Assembly: GCA_004431415.1 (NCBI GenBank)
Contig: QPMI01000452.1
Location: 62,001 to 126,000, forward strand
Direction of reading: 5' to 3'
From: Cyanophora paradoxa CCMP329
Lineage: Eukaryota; Plantae; Glaucophyta
Length of the DNA stretch: 64,000 nucleotides
Both the position numbers and the translations under genes were made by a program. The stretch's first letter is position 1, and each line of letters begins with the position of its first letter. Below, piece by piece: positions 11,457-22,950 of this stretch. The notes beneath the pieces are model-generated. The model was not told the DNA's origin. It did not search any database and saw nothing but the letters and a program-made list of their open reading frames with translations.

Positions 11457-13226
11457 TCACGGAGTCACACTGAGATGCTGCTTGAGAGCGAGGGGGTCGT
11501 GCGGCTTGGGCCCCCTGGTAGGCCTAGGGGCCGGGGAGCGCCCGGCCCGGAGGAAGTCAGCGCACGCAGCGGCCCACGACGCCAGGTGCTCGGCCGCCCC
11601 GTCCTGCGCGCGGAAAAAAAAGGCATAGTCAGAAAGGGTCCTGCGCGGGCTCGAGCCCGCGGCCGGCGGCCCACCTCGAGGGACTTGATCCAGCCCGTGA
11701 CGATCTCGACCATCGCCGCGAAGAGGCCGAGGGAGCTGCGGGGGTACACGGCGCTTGCAATTGTTCGCCGGGGTACCGTCGATCCGAGTGAAGGGGTACG
11801 CACAGCACGGCGTAGAAGAAGAAGAAAGTCCGGCCCGGATCCGAAGCAGGCACGATGTCTCCCAAGCCTGCGCGGCGAAGAGGGGTCGGATCGCCTTAGG
11901 GCTTCTGGATGGGATGAGCGGGGGTACGGGCCGATCGTGGTGAGGGTACTGAAGCCCCAGTAGAGCGATGTGCCATAATCCCACCTACCCCCGCAAATTA
12001 GGGAGGTCGGGCTTCGGGGGAACCACGACCCGTACCCCTCTATTCGGCCCATGATGGCCGTACCCCCGAGCCAGACGGCGAGCAGGCCTGGAATGGACGC
12101 GAGTCAGGGGTGGAGCCGAAAACGCGGACGGGCGGGGGCGGGGCACGCCCTGTAGGACGGCGAGGAACTTCACCAACTTGCCGTGCTCCGGGTCCGGCTC
12201 GGAGGCCTGCTCCCGGCCCGGCCGGGGGGCTCAGCGGGGCGCGCGCCGGCGTGCGAGGCGCGCGCCTGCTCTCTCGAGGTCGCCTTCGTGCCCACCCGGT
12301 CCCCCGAGGGCTGGAGAACCGGCTCCATCCCCCGCCCCGCGGCCGCGGCGGCGGGCCCTGGGCGCTCGCGAGCCTCTGCGGCCCTTGGGGGCAGCAGCAG
12401 CCGGGCGTTCAGCGCGCACAGGGGCGCCAGGAACAGGGCCGCCACCCTGCCCGAGGGGGTTCGCGGCCGCGACGTTCAAGGCGGAGGGGCTACGGATTTC
12501 TCGCCTGGGGATCAGGGTAGCGTACATCAGCAGCGCGAAGAGGCCCCAGAGGACGGTGAACGCCCTACCCCCCGAGTTCTGGGGGGAGTAGTTGCCTGCG
12601 CGCGGCCGGCTTCGGGATCCCGCGCGCGCGAGAACGGCGTACCCCTCACCGTAGCCGATGCCGGAGCCGAGGGTGGCGGTGAAGAAGGAGCCCCCGAGGA
12701 GGGACCACTCGGAGGGGGTACCGCCCGAATCCAGGGCAGCCCTGAGGTCGGCCGCCCTCGAGAGCTCCCGCGCGAAGCGGACGAGCGCCGACAGCTGAGC
12801 TGCAGGGGGGGACCGCGGCCGCGGGCTCGTCAGAGGCAGAGGGGCGGGCGGGTTGCGCGTGCGGGCCGTGGCCTGATCATGATCATTATATATGATGGTG
12901 CGGGCTGCGCGCGGGCACCGTCGGTGAGGTTGAGGCTGCGGAGCTGGTCGCGGGCGCGCAACACGGCGGCAGCGTTCGCGCTGACGACGGGCGCCTCGGC
13001 CGCGCTGATGATGGCCCCGCCGACCACCGTCACCCCGAGCACCTGCCGTCGCGATCGGCGCCGGCCGGAGCCGGTGCGACGTCGGCGTCGGGGCCGGCCC
13101 GGGGGGCGCGCGCGGCGGAGGGGCTGCAAATCGAAAGGAATCGCTCGCACGTACCAGCGCGACGGGGACAAGGATCTTGAACGTTGCGACGAGCGCAGCG
13201 TTCTTCGACGCCGCGCTCGCGGCCAT
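11457..13226 (-). CDS. Two-pore-domain (K2P/TPK-type) potassium channel
   Basis: Pore 1 is WSLLGGSFFTATLGSGIGYG|NYSPQNSGGRAFTVLW and pore 2 is WDYGTSLYWGFSTLTTIG|LGDIVPASDPGRTFFFFY, each with flanking TM helices. The last exon is approximate. Confidence 0.9.
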
Positions 13227-13728
13227 CTAGCTATAGGTCTGCGTACGCGACTCGGCAGCCGGCCACAGCTGAGCTGCTAATACGCCTGCTATCGAAGGCG
13301 CCCCGCGCCGCCGTCGCCGCCGATCTATCCGATCCGATGTTATCCACTGGTACCACGCACGCGCGTCGACGTCCCTAGAGCTCGTGTTCGGTCGCCCAGC
13401 GACGCCAGTCGTCGGCGGGCTAAGGACGTCTGCGTTCATGCATTCCGCGCAAGCGCTGAGGGCCCAAACGGTGACCGGAATTGGCCTGCTCCAGTTCAAA
13501 CTTGCACAGCGCGCGCTGGCTCGCAGGGAGCAGATGCTACGATTCCCTACGAAGCCTAGCGGCTCTGATGGGATCTGTGGCCGGTGCAAGCCTCGGCCGC
13601 GGAACCCTTGATCGGCCGGTTCGAGGCCCGGAGCCCGGGCTGGGGTATACGCACTCCTGGTTGCCGCCGGTTCCGCCACCGAATCCGGGGCTTCTGGGCT
13701 CGTACGGCCGGCGACGAGCTGCGCCGGA

Positions 13729-16700
13729 ATGATGGAGGCTCCGGAGCGAGGGCCGCCGCACGTGCGCGTCGTCTGTGAGGGAAACGTCGTCTTAGCGGCT
13801 TGCAGTGCAACGATCGCCCATTGCGAAACGCTCAAAAGTTGCCTTCTTCCGGACACCTCAGGATCAAGAGACACACGTGAGCATGCTTGCATCGCCCCGC
13901 ACGGCCTTCGCGGTCCTTACGCGCTCGCCGCTCGCGCCCTTTGGACCGCGCAGCCATCGAGGCGCCTGGAAGCTTCGAATTCCAACTTCCATTGATATCA
14001 AGCTCAACGTTCAGCCGGCTCTCGGAATTCTGCAGTGCTCTCTCCCTCGACCAAGCGGTCGACGCCCTGCGCGTCCTGGACAGTGACGAGCTATGGCAGC
14101 TCCTGCACGTGCGCGTTCATTCGCACTTCTTGATGGATTTGAACTCTTGGCGGCGCTGTAACGCCATGTCGCGGGGCGCAGGCCGCGAATTTCTTGGACG
14201 CGAAATCCCTCTACCAGGAAGCAGGGCTCGTCGTGCGGGACCGCATCCGCGCCTCTATGGAGTCGAGAATGCTCGGCTTCCAACGCCCTGAAGCTCTCCA
14301 GCGGGAAATGATGACGTCGACGGGAGTCCCGCACTCGATCGGGAGCCAGGACTTCGAGAGGGTGCGCATACGCGTGCCTAGGCCTCTCTTTTCCTGCGCG
14401 GCGATCGCGGGGCGCCGACGGGCTCGAGCAGCTGCTGGCGTTCTTCGAAGAGCTGGATCTCCTCGCGCGGGACGGGTTCCCGCGCGACCGCGTGCAGAGG
14501 CTGACGCCGAACGTGCTCTACACGGTCGCCTACAACCTCGCCGCGCGGCCCGGCGAGGAGGGCAAGCGGAACAGGTCCGCACGCTCTGTCTGTCCGCGCC
14601 GGGCGCACGCCCCTCGCGCCCTCGCCGAGCCCCGCGCAGCCTCATCCTGTACCGCCTGTACCGCTTCCTCTGCGAGTCGCTCGTGAAACGACGCATCCGC
14701 GCGCGCCTGCAGGAATGGCCTGCGTGCGCCCCGGCCGCCCTTTCGCCGCGGTCCGCCCCCGGCCCGGCCGCCGACGCCCCCGTCCCGCAGGCTGTGGGAG
14801 AAAGAGGCGCGCGCCGTGTTCGACCGCTACTGCGACCGGTACGACGCGCGGTTCCTCGAGGGTGCGGCGTCGATCCCCGGCCCGCCCCTTTGCGCCGCCC
14901 TCGCTCAGTTCTACCCCCTCCAGACGTCCTCGGGCTCCACGTACCCAGCGGCGCCCTCTCCCTCGACGACTTCGTCGAGGGCTGGCATGTGCGCCCCTGT
15001 ACCCCCGCCCCTCCAGCCCTTCTTCCTCATGCGCATCTGATACCCCCGCAGATTGCGCGGGAGTACTCCCGCATCGCCTCGCGCGTCTTCTTCTACCTGG
15101 TGCCCTTTTACCTCACTGCACCCGTCCCCCCCTCGCCCTTCGAACGCGGTACCCCCCGCAGGAGCGCTTCCACATTCCGCGGGAGAAGGAGCGTCCCCTG
15201 CAGCTCGTCGGTGTGGTCCCCCCGCCTCTTCAACGCCCCGGCGCCCCTGAGCGGCCGGGCGCCCCGCAGCGCGGCAGGCGTTCGCGGAGCACGCGTACGA
15301 GCCCTCGGCCCGCAAGCTCGCCGAGCGGTACCCCTCCCCGCCCCCGCGGCCCGCGCGCAGACCGGCGCGCCCGCTGACGGGGCCGCCCCGGCAGGCTGGC
15401 CGCCTGCTTCATGGACGAGGCCTGCGGCCGCCGGAACCCGCCCCGCGTCGACGCCGCCGTCCGCAGCACCCGCCAGGCCCGGCCCCGCCCCCCGCCTCCC
15501 GTCCCCGGCTTCCCCGGGCGCCTGGAGGTGCGAGCCGGGGTGCAGGCGGTGCTGGAGATGACTGAGCAGGACCCCGAGTGGCGGCGGTACACGGGGCCGG
15601 CCGAGGGCGGGCCCCTCTCCACGTGCTTTCCGCTCCCATTCCCCCCGCCCCGGCCCCCGCCCCCGCCGGCCCGGCCTCACCCGTCGCCCCGGCAGCTTCG
15701 GGTCGTACGAGGAGGCGTACCACGGGCTCTTCCTGGAGGCCCTCGTCGACGCCCTCTGCGACGCCTGGCCCAGGGCGAGCGCACCCCCGCCACCGCCCCG
15801 CCCCTCGCCCGCTCACCGGCGCTGCAGGTGGCCGCCAAGCCGCAGGCGGCCGCCGGCCTCGCCGAGAAGTACGTCCTCCCCCGCGCCCACGCCGCCGTCG
15901 CCGCCCAGGTCCGGGTGCGCGCACCCGTGCCCCCCTCCCCGTCCCCCCCTCCGCCCGCCCGCCCCCGCCCGGGTTCGATCCGGGGGCTGGCCCCCGCCGC
16001 AGGGCATGTTTATGGCGCTTCACGCGCGGCGGCCGGCGCTGGCGGCGGCAGCGGCTGCGGCGGCGGCTCCCGACGCCAGCGACGAGGCCGCCGCCGCGCT
16101 CGCCGCCCTCGTCGCCTCCCTCCGCCAGGCGCTCCTCCTCCTCGCGTACCCCCTCCGCCCCCTCCGCCCCTCCGCCCCAGCCGGCGCCCCCGCCGCCCCC
16201 GCCGCCCCGCGCAGGCGCCGCCCCGGCGCCCCCGCCAACGCTGCCGGAGGACCAGGAGGGGTCGGACAGCGACGGGGGGGCCCGGGGCCGGCCCGCCGGG
16301 CCCCGCGGCGGGCGGCGGGACGCCGGCGGGCCCCGTCGGCGATCGAGCTGCACTCGGACGAGGAAGACTACGGGAGGACGACGAGGTCGTGAGGGACGAC
16401 CCGCCCGCCTCGCCCGCCTCGGCCCCCGCGCCCGGCCCCGCGACCGCTGCCCGCGGCCCTCCTGCTCCGAGCCCCTCGACCGCGTACCCCTCGCCGTCCT
16501 CGAGCCGTGCGGCCCGGGCGCCTGCCCCGCCCCCGCCCCGTCTGACCGGCGGCCCCGGGGCGCAGCTGCGGGCACGAGTACTGCCTCCCCTGCGCGCTGG
16601 TCTGCGAGCGGCGCCGCTGCTGCTTCGCCTGCGCGTGCCCCATCCTGCGCGTCCGCACCTGCAGCACCGACCCCCCCGCCGCCTCCGGCTCCGGCTCCGG

Positions 16701-17294
16701 CTCCGGCGGGGGCGGGGGCCGCGGGGCAAAGAAGCGACGCCTCGAGGGGCCCCCAGACGCCCGCCCCGACGACGCGCCACCCCGCCAGCTCCCCCGAACG
16801 CGCCACCCGCCACCCGTACCCCTCGCCCGCGCCTCCGCCCCACCCTTCCAAGTCGGCGCCCCGTCTTCCCCGTCCCCCCCGTACCCCCCCGTTCCGTCTC
16901 GCCAGGTCTTCACCTCCGTACCACGGCGCGCCCCCTCCCCCGCGCCGCTGCACCCCGCCCCTTCATCAGAATTCGTCGAATCCGCCGAGCCCGCCTTTCC
17001 CCCCCTCCCGTTCGACGAGCAGTACCCCGGAGCCCCCCCGGCTCCGGCGGAGTCCTCGTCGGCCCCGGCGCCGCCGGCCGCGGCCGGGGCGGGGGCCGCG
17101 CCTGCGGAGGCGCCCTCGCCCCGCCGGCGGGCTCTCGCCCCGCGGCGCGCCGTGGTCGTGGACCTGCAGGAGGACGCGCCGAGCGACGGCGAGCGCTGAC
17201 CGCGACGCCCGCGCCCCAGCCCCTGCCCCCGCCTTCGGATTTATTCCCCTCCCCCTCCCCTCCGCCCCTCCCCCACAAACAGCCGGGCGGCTAG
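13729..17294 (+). CDS. SKP1-like domain fused to cullin N-terminal repeats, followed by a low-complexity tail
   Basis: SKP1 part: CETLKSCL, FQLPLISSSTFSRLSEFC, LDSDELWQLLH|AANFLDAKSLYQEAGLVVRDRIR. Cullin part: LYTVAYNLA...SLILYRLY, SRVFFYL|ERFHIPREKERPLQLVGV|AFAEHAY, YEEAYHGLFL, AEKYVLP. The 3' exons are approximate. Confidence 0.8.
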
Positions 17295-17383
17295 GATTCT
17301 GTAGCTAGCGTGTCGCCGAGAGTCGTCGGGCCTTGCTTTTTCAAGCATGCAATGTGAGCGTGTTTCCGAACACTCACGGGCAC

Positions 17384-17584
17384 TCAGCTCGCGCGCGCCG
17401 GGGAGCGGGGCCCCGCGCTCGCCTGCGCCTGCGCCTGCGCCTGCGCCTGCGCCTGCGGCTGCGGCTGCGGCTGCTCCCTCGAGCTCGGGGCAGGGGCCGC
17501 CTCGCCGGCGCCGAAGCCGAAGGCGGCGCGCCTGCGGGCGACCTCCCGCTCCGTCCGCTCGAAAAGATCTTGCCAGGAAAACGC

Positions 17585-17617
<33 letters not shown>

Positions 17618-19134
17618 CGCCTCCGCCGCCGCCGCCGCCGCCGCGGCAGCGACTGCCTTGGGCGCGGCAGCGACTGCCTTGGGCGCCTCCTTCTTCGCAG
17701 GGGCCGGGGCCGGGGCCGGGGCGGGGGCGGGGGCCGGGGCCGGCTCGGGCTCCTCCTCGGCGGGCCTCTGGAAAGACTCCAGCGCGCTGTGGAACTTCTC
17801 CTGGAGGCCGCCGCCGATGCTCAGGAGGCCGCCGGCGATCCCCTGGAGGGCCCCGGCGAGGGCCTGTCCGGGCTCCTCCTGGGCGCCGTGGCCCGCGGCG
17901 CCGTGCTTCGCGGCGCGGGCCTCCCGCGCCTCGTGCAGCTTCGCCACAAGCCCGTCCACGATGTGCTGCCAGCCCTCCGGCGTCGGGTGCACCATCCGCT
18001 TCGGCACCCGCCTTCCCGCCCCGCGTGAGCGGGAGAGGTGTGGGGAGGGATGAGGAGGGGGGGTACGGGCGGGCGCACTTGAGCTCGCCGAGGTCGTTGA
18101 CGTGCCAGCCCACGTCGAAGTCCTCCTCAGCGACGTACCCCTGGCTCTCCAGCTCCGCCCTCTTCTCCAGGATGTCCCGGGGCACCTGCAGGCCGGCCCG
18201 CGCCACCGGCCGCAGGCTCGGCGCATCGGCCACCAGCCTGCGCGGCGCGTCGGCGAGGCGGGGCCGCCGGGGCGGGGGCGAGGGGTACGCAGACTGCTGG
18301 GCGGTCTTGAGGGCGAGCTTCTGGTCCGTGGAGGCAAGGGCGCGGCACACGACTTCGTCCTGCATTTTCGGGAACATGTAGTAGTACCCTGTGAGTCCGC
18401 CCGCCAGCGCGTAGCTGATGGCCCCTGCGCCGCGAACGGCTCGGCGGCGGCAGCGGCGACGGCGCAAGCGCGGCGCCGCGCACTCGCTCGGGGCGTGGCA
18501 ATGCTGTTGATGCGCTCGGCAACTGCACGCCGACGCGTCGGCGGGCGGCGGGAAGGCGCGGCGCTGCGGGGCGGGGCGCCTACCGGACTTGGGCCCGAAG
18601 TTGACGAGGCCCTCAACGACGCTGTAGGAGCCGAACCACGGGACAACGGTCGCCGCCGCGATTCTCATGACCGCGTTCGTCATGAAGTTCGGTATCGTCG
18701 GGTCCGCCGACTCCTTGAACGGCGGCGGGGGCGGCGGGGGCGGCGGCGGCGGCGGGAGGCCCTGCTCGCGCGCTTGTTGCTGCGGACGCGCGAGCGGCGT
18801 GAGTTCGGACTCTAGAAGAAAGATGCCTCGAAGCGCTTGCTCACTTCCAGTGCCGCCTGCTGCAGCGACTGCACGGTCTGGTCGGCGGCCGAGAAGAACC
18901 TGAGGCGCGCGGTCAGCTAGCCTGGCGAGTGAGGGCGCGGAGTGCGGTCGAATCGCGCTCGCGCTGCCCTGCGCGCGCCTCCGGGATTGGCAGCGGCAAA
19001 CCGGCGCACCATGGCAGAGCGATCTCCCAGCCGACTCGCGAAGCCTCCTTTATCGCCACCTCGGGCTCATCGAAGACCGGCTCGGGCGGCGGCGGCTTCG
19101 GCTCCTCCTTCGCGGCCTGCCTCCTCCCGAACAT
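17384..19134 (-). CDS. Hypothetical membrane-associated protein with a Pro/Ala-rich C-terminal tail
   Basis: MFGRRQAAKEEPKPPPP..., hydrophobic segments (AAATVVPWFGSYSVV, AISYALAGGLTGYYYMFP), PA and QA repeats, GT-AG introns. No family recognised. Confidence 0.6.
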
Positions 19135-19239
19135 TTTGCTGTGTACCCGCCAAGTGCGGTCTTCCTTCACCACCGTCCGCCACAGCGAGCTCCGGTTAGA
19201 GCTGTTGATTAGAGCAGCCGTATAGACCCTGCTTCGACC

Positions 19240-20049
19240 ATGTCCTGCATCTGTGCGTGGAATCCGGCTCGATGCAGGCTCGCCTGCGACGTTCGCCGGC
19301 TGACCTGGGCGGCAGGTACTCGGGAGTATGCACCGGTGTGTGTGAAGAACGCAGACGGAACCTGGCAGGAGTACTCGGTGCGGATGAGCCCGACGTCGGG
19401 CAACGCCAGCGCCCGCCGCCCGGCCGCAGCGGAGCGTCGAGATAGAGTGCAGTTGTTGCTCTGAACGATTGCTGACGGCCGCCTGGGGCGCAGAACTTCT
19501 GTGGGATGCGCTGCTCGCACAAAGAGCTTGACGGCAAGACGAAGGAGGAGACCATCAAGGCGCTCAACGAGACCGAGACGCGCTTCATGGAGGGCCATTG
19601 CCCCGCCCAGCCGATCCTCGCCTGTGCGGCTGCGCTCGTTTGTGTGCGGCGAGTGCCTGGGCGCCTCTGATCCGCGGCCCGCAGCGAACGGGGGCTCGGT
19701 CTCCGCCGCCTCGCACGGTGCGCGGCCCCTCTCGACGGCGTCGGCGTTCTCGAAGGCGCCGCTCACGCCGCTCTGCAGAGGAGGACATTCTGAGCCCCGA
19801 GGGCGCGGCGGCGGCGGTGGCGGCCGACGTGCCGAGCTTCGAGTGCAGCGCGGAGCTCTCGTTCGCGGAGGCCGAGGCGATCGCTGGCGCCGACGATCCC
19901 TGGGTGCGCCGCGCGCCCTTCCTCGGCCGCGCCGCGTCGCCCCGCCCCGCGCCCCCCCGCCGCCTCCGCCGACTCGGCCGGGGCCGCAGGACGTGAACTT
20001 TGTCGGGGACGACCTGGCGGCCCACGGCTACGCGGGCGACCTCTTCTGA
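19240..20049 (+). CDS. Non-classical Kazal-type protease-inhibitor domain protein with an acidic tail
   Basis: Spliced: MSCI|CTREYAPVCVKNADGTWQEYS|NFCGMRC...FMEGHC. It has the six-Cys Kazal pattern with P-V-C, Y-x-N-x-C and G-x-C. Confidence 0.85.
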
Positions 20050-20151
20050 GACCCGCCCCCCTCCCCTTTCGGAACCCAACCGGACCGGACTTGTACAGCT
20101 AGATAACGTTAACGTCCGATCCGATAGAATTGTTGGAGGCCAGAGGGCGTG

Positions 20152-22735
20152 TCAGCCGCCGCCCGGGGCGCCGGGGCCGGGGCCGGGGCCGGGGCCGGGG
20201 CGGCGGAGGAGGTCTCGGCAGGCGCGGGTCTCCTCGTGGTCGCCCCCGAGGGCCATCTCCAGGACCCCCAGCGCCCGCTGCCCCCGCCCCGCCCCGCCCT
20301 CGTGATCAGCCCGGCGGGGCGGGGCGATGCGGCGGGGCCGGGGCGCCACCTGTAGGAGCTCGCGGGCGGCGGCGGGGTCCGAGGCGGCGAGCTGCCTCCC
20401 GAGCCTTGCAAGGGCCACCCCGTACTGCGCGCGCCGGTGAGCCTTCAAGAGAGAAAGAGGGGGGCGCGCGCCTCGGCAGAAGGGCCCGGGCCCGGGGCGC
20501 GCCTTGGGGTGGTCCTCGCCCAGGTGCCTCTCCAGGATCGGCAGGAGCCGCTGCGCGGCGCGGCGCGCGGGGGCGTCGCTCGGGCGCAGGGGGAAGGGGC
20601 TGCGAGGGGTACGCGGACCTCGTAGGCGCCGGCGGCCTCGGGGGCCATGCCGGCGCGCTCGTAGGCCTCCGCCAGGCCGCCCAGCGCCGCCGCCACGCTG
20701 CACGCCCCTCCCGCTCGCGCTCGGCTCGTTGCGCCTTCGAAGCTAAGGGCGGCGGGCCCGACCGCACCTCGGGTGGGACTCCCCGAGGGACCGGGAGAGC
20801 GCCCCCTCCGCCATCTGAGCCGCCCTCAACGCTCGCGCGGGCCCCGCTGCCGGGCCGCCGGGCGATCGACGGGGGGGTACGCACCTCGAGGAGCCGCACG
20901 GCGCGGGCCCCGTCCCGGTCGGGCGCCGCGGGGTCCCCCACGAGTACCCCCAGCGTCGCCGCCAGAGACCCCACCTGGCGTACCCCGAAATCTAAGGAAC
21001 ACACGAGATCGCGGGCGACTGGGGCGGCACCTGGGCGCTCTCCGCGGCGGCGGAGGGGCCGAGGGTGCGGACGGTGGACTCCAGGGCTCTCTGCGGGTGG
21101 AGGGCGCGGAACTGAGACGGGGTAGAGAAGAATCCGGCCCCTGGAGCCGTTGGAGGGGTACCTCGTACAGCGAGATCGCGGAGGAACGGTCACCTCTGTG
21201 CTCGGCGAGGTCCTGGGGGAAGGAGAACGCGGCTCAGAGGGGGGGGGGGGGGGGGGGGGGACACGGCGCGCGAGGAGGGAGGGGGTACCGCGAGGGCGGC
21301 GACCGTAGCCGCGGCGGTCGGGTGGTCTACCCCGAGCACGGCCGTCCGGATCGCGAGGGCTTGCTACAATCCTAGTGTGAGGGGTACCCGTGCGCTCGGC
21401 GGGGGTACGTGCGCACCTCCAGTAGCGGCGTCGACTTGTCAAAGTCGCCCATGCGCTTGTAGACGGTACCCAGGCTGGGGGGGGGGAACGGCTCGGCGCA
21501 CGGGAGGGGGGATCCGGTCGACGGGGGTACGTGTACGCACACGAAGAGGGCGTCAGCGACCTCGGTGCTCTCTGGCCCCGCGACCTTCGCCGCGATGTCC
21601 AAGGCCCTCTGCGGGGGCGGTGAGGGAGGGGGTACAGCGCTCCTTCACCGCTCACCGCGGAGGCGCACCTCCAGCAGGGGTAGGGCCTTCTCGTGGAGGT
21701 CTTGCTGGGCGTACAGGAGCCCACACGAGCGGAGCGAGCTGCACGGGGGTATCGCGATTTGGGAAAGACGGGAACCGGACTCGAACGCTCGTACCTGGCG
21801 AGCTGGAGGCTGTCCGGTCCGTACAGCTTCGCCTTGATCTCCAGGGAGCGCTGCGGGGGTACGCTCGCCTCAGAAGCGCAGCCAGAGTCGATTTAGGGGG
21901 TAGGGGCACCTGGAGCAGCCTCTCGCTCTCCTGCAGGTCGCCCCGAAAGAGGAGTACCCCCGCGAGCCCGTGAAGCGTCTCCGCGACGTGAGCGCTCTCC
22001 GGCCCGAGGAGGAGCGTGTACCCCGTGAGAGCCCTCTCCTGCGGCCCGTACGCGCGCGTGAGGGTGCGACGAAGGGCGCGCGGTGGGGGCGGCGGGCCAG
22101 GAGCGGCTGGGCCTTGTCGAACTGGCCCTGTGTCCCGAACAGCACCGCTATCTTGGACAGGCTGATGAACGTCTGCACGCGCGCGGAGCGGCGTTCGCGC
22201 GCGATTGAGAGAGCGGGGGGGCGGGCCGGGGCCCGGGCCCCGCGCGGCGCGGCCGACCGTGATGTGGTTGGGCCCGAAGGCCGCGACGCGGACGTCCAGC
22301 GCTCTCTAGCGCGCCGCTCAGAAATCAAATGACGCGCGCCGGCGCCGGCCCCCGCGCTCAGCGCACGCGGTAGCAGGCCTCGGCCTCGGTGTACGCTCCG
22401 CGGCGGAAGTGCGCGTCGCCCTCGGCGTCCAACTCCGAGGACTCGACGAGGGCGGCCTCCCCGTCGCCGCCGTTGCCTCCCCCGTCCCCGCCGCCGCCCG
22501 CGTCACCGTGGAGCGCCCGACTTGTGTGCGTGTGCGGGGGCGCGGAGTGCGCCCCGCGTGGCGTGATGAAAGTTGCTGGCCGCTGCTGCAGGGCCGAGCG
22601 AGCTCGGGATATCGCATTCGCATACCGCGCCGGGCGCGCCACCGTCCGCCGCCCGCAAGCAAGCGCAGCTCTCTGCGATTGCGCTTCGTCAACAGGAAGC
22701 GCCTCGGCCTCGGGCGGGGGGCGCACCACGAGCAT
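20152..22735 (-). CDS. Tetratricopeptide-repeat protein (kinesin-light-chain-type long TPRs)
   Basis: Repeats include GQFDKAQPLL|ERALTGYTLLLGPESAHVAETLHGLA, RSLEIKAKLYGPDS, RALDIAAKVAGPESTEVADALF|SLGTVYKRMGDFDKSTPLLE, LERHLGEDHP and LGGDHEET. The start is uncertain. Confidence 0.85.
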
Positions 22736-22950
22736 CGCGCCGCCTGAAGAGAGCTCGCGGATCCGCAAAGCGTACGGCAGCGATCGCTGTTGCTGCTTCC
22801 GATGTCGCTTCTGCCGGGTACCACGTACGGAGACGCCGCAAAACGGGGTGCACACAGTCCACGCAGGCGGGTGCAGCGGCGACGAGCCCCGCCGTCGTAG
22901 CTAAGCCGCAGGAGCCGAAAGCAGCAGCCGGAGCGGAAGCCGCCGGAGCG

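Noticed and set aside
12446-12525. Apparent frameshift in the K2P channel after LFALLM
   Set aside because: Resolved by a canonical GT-AG intron (AT|gtacgc...gggcag|G).
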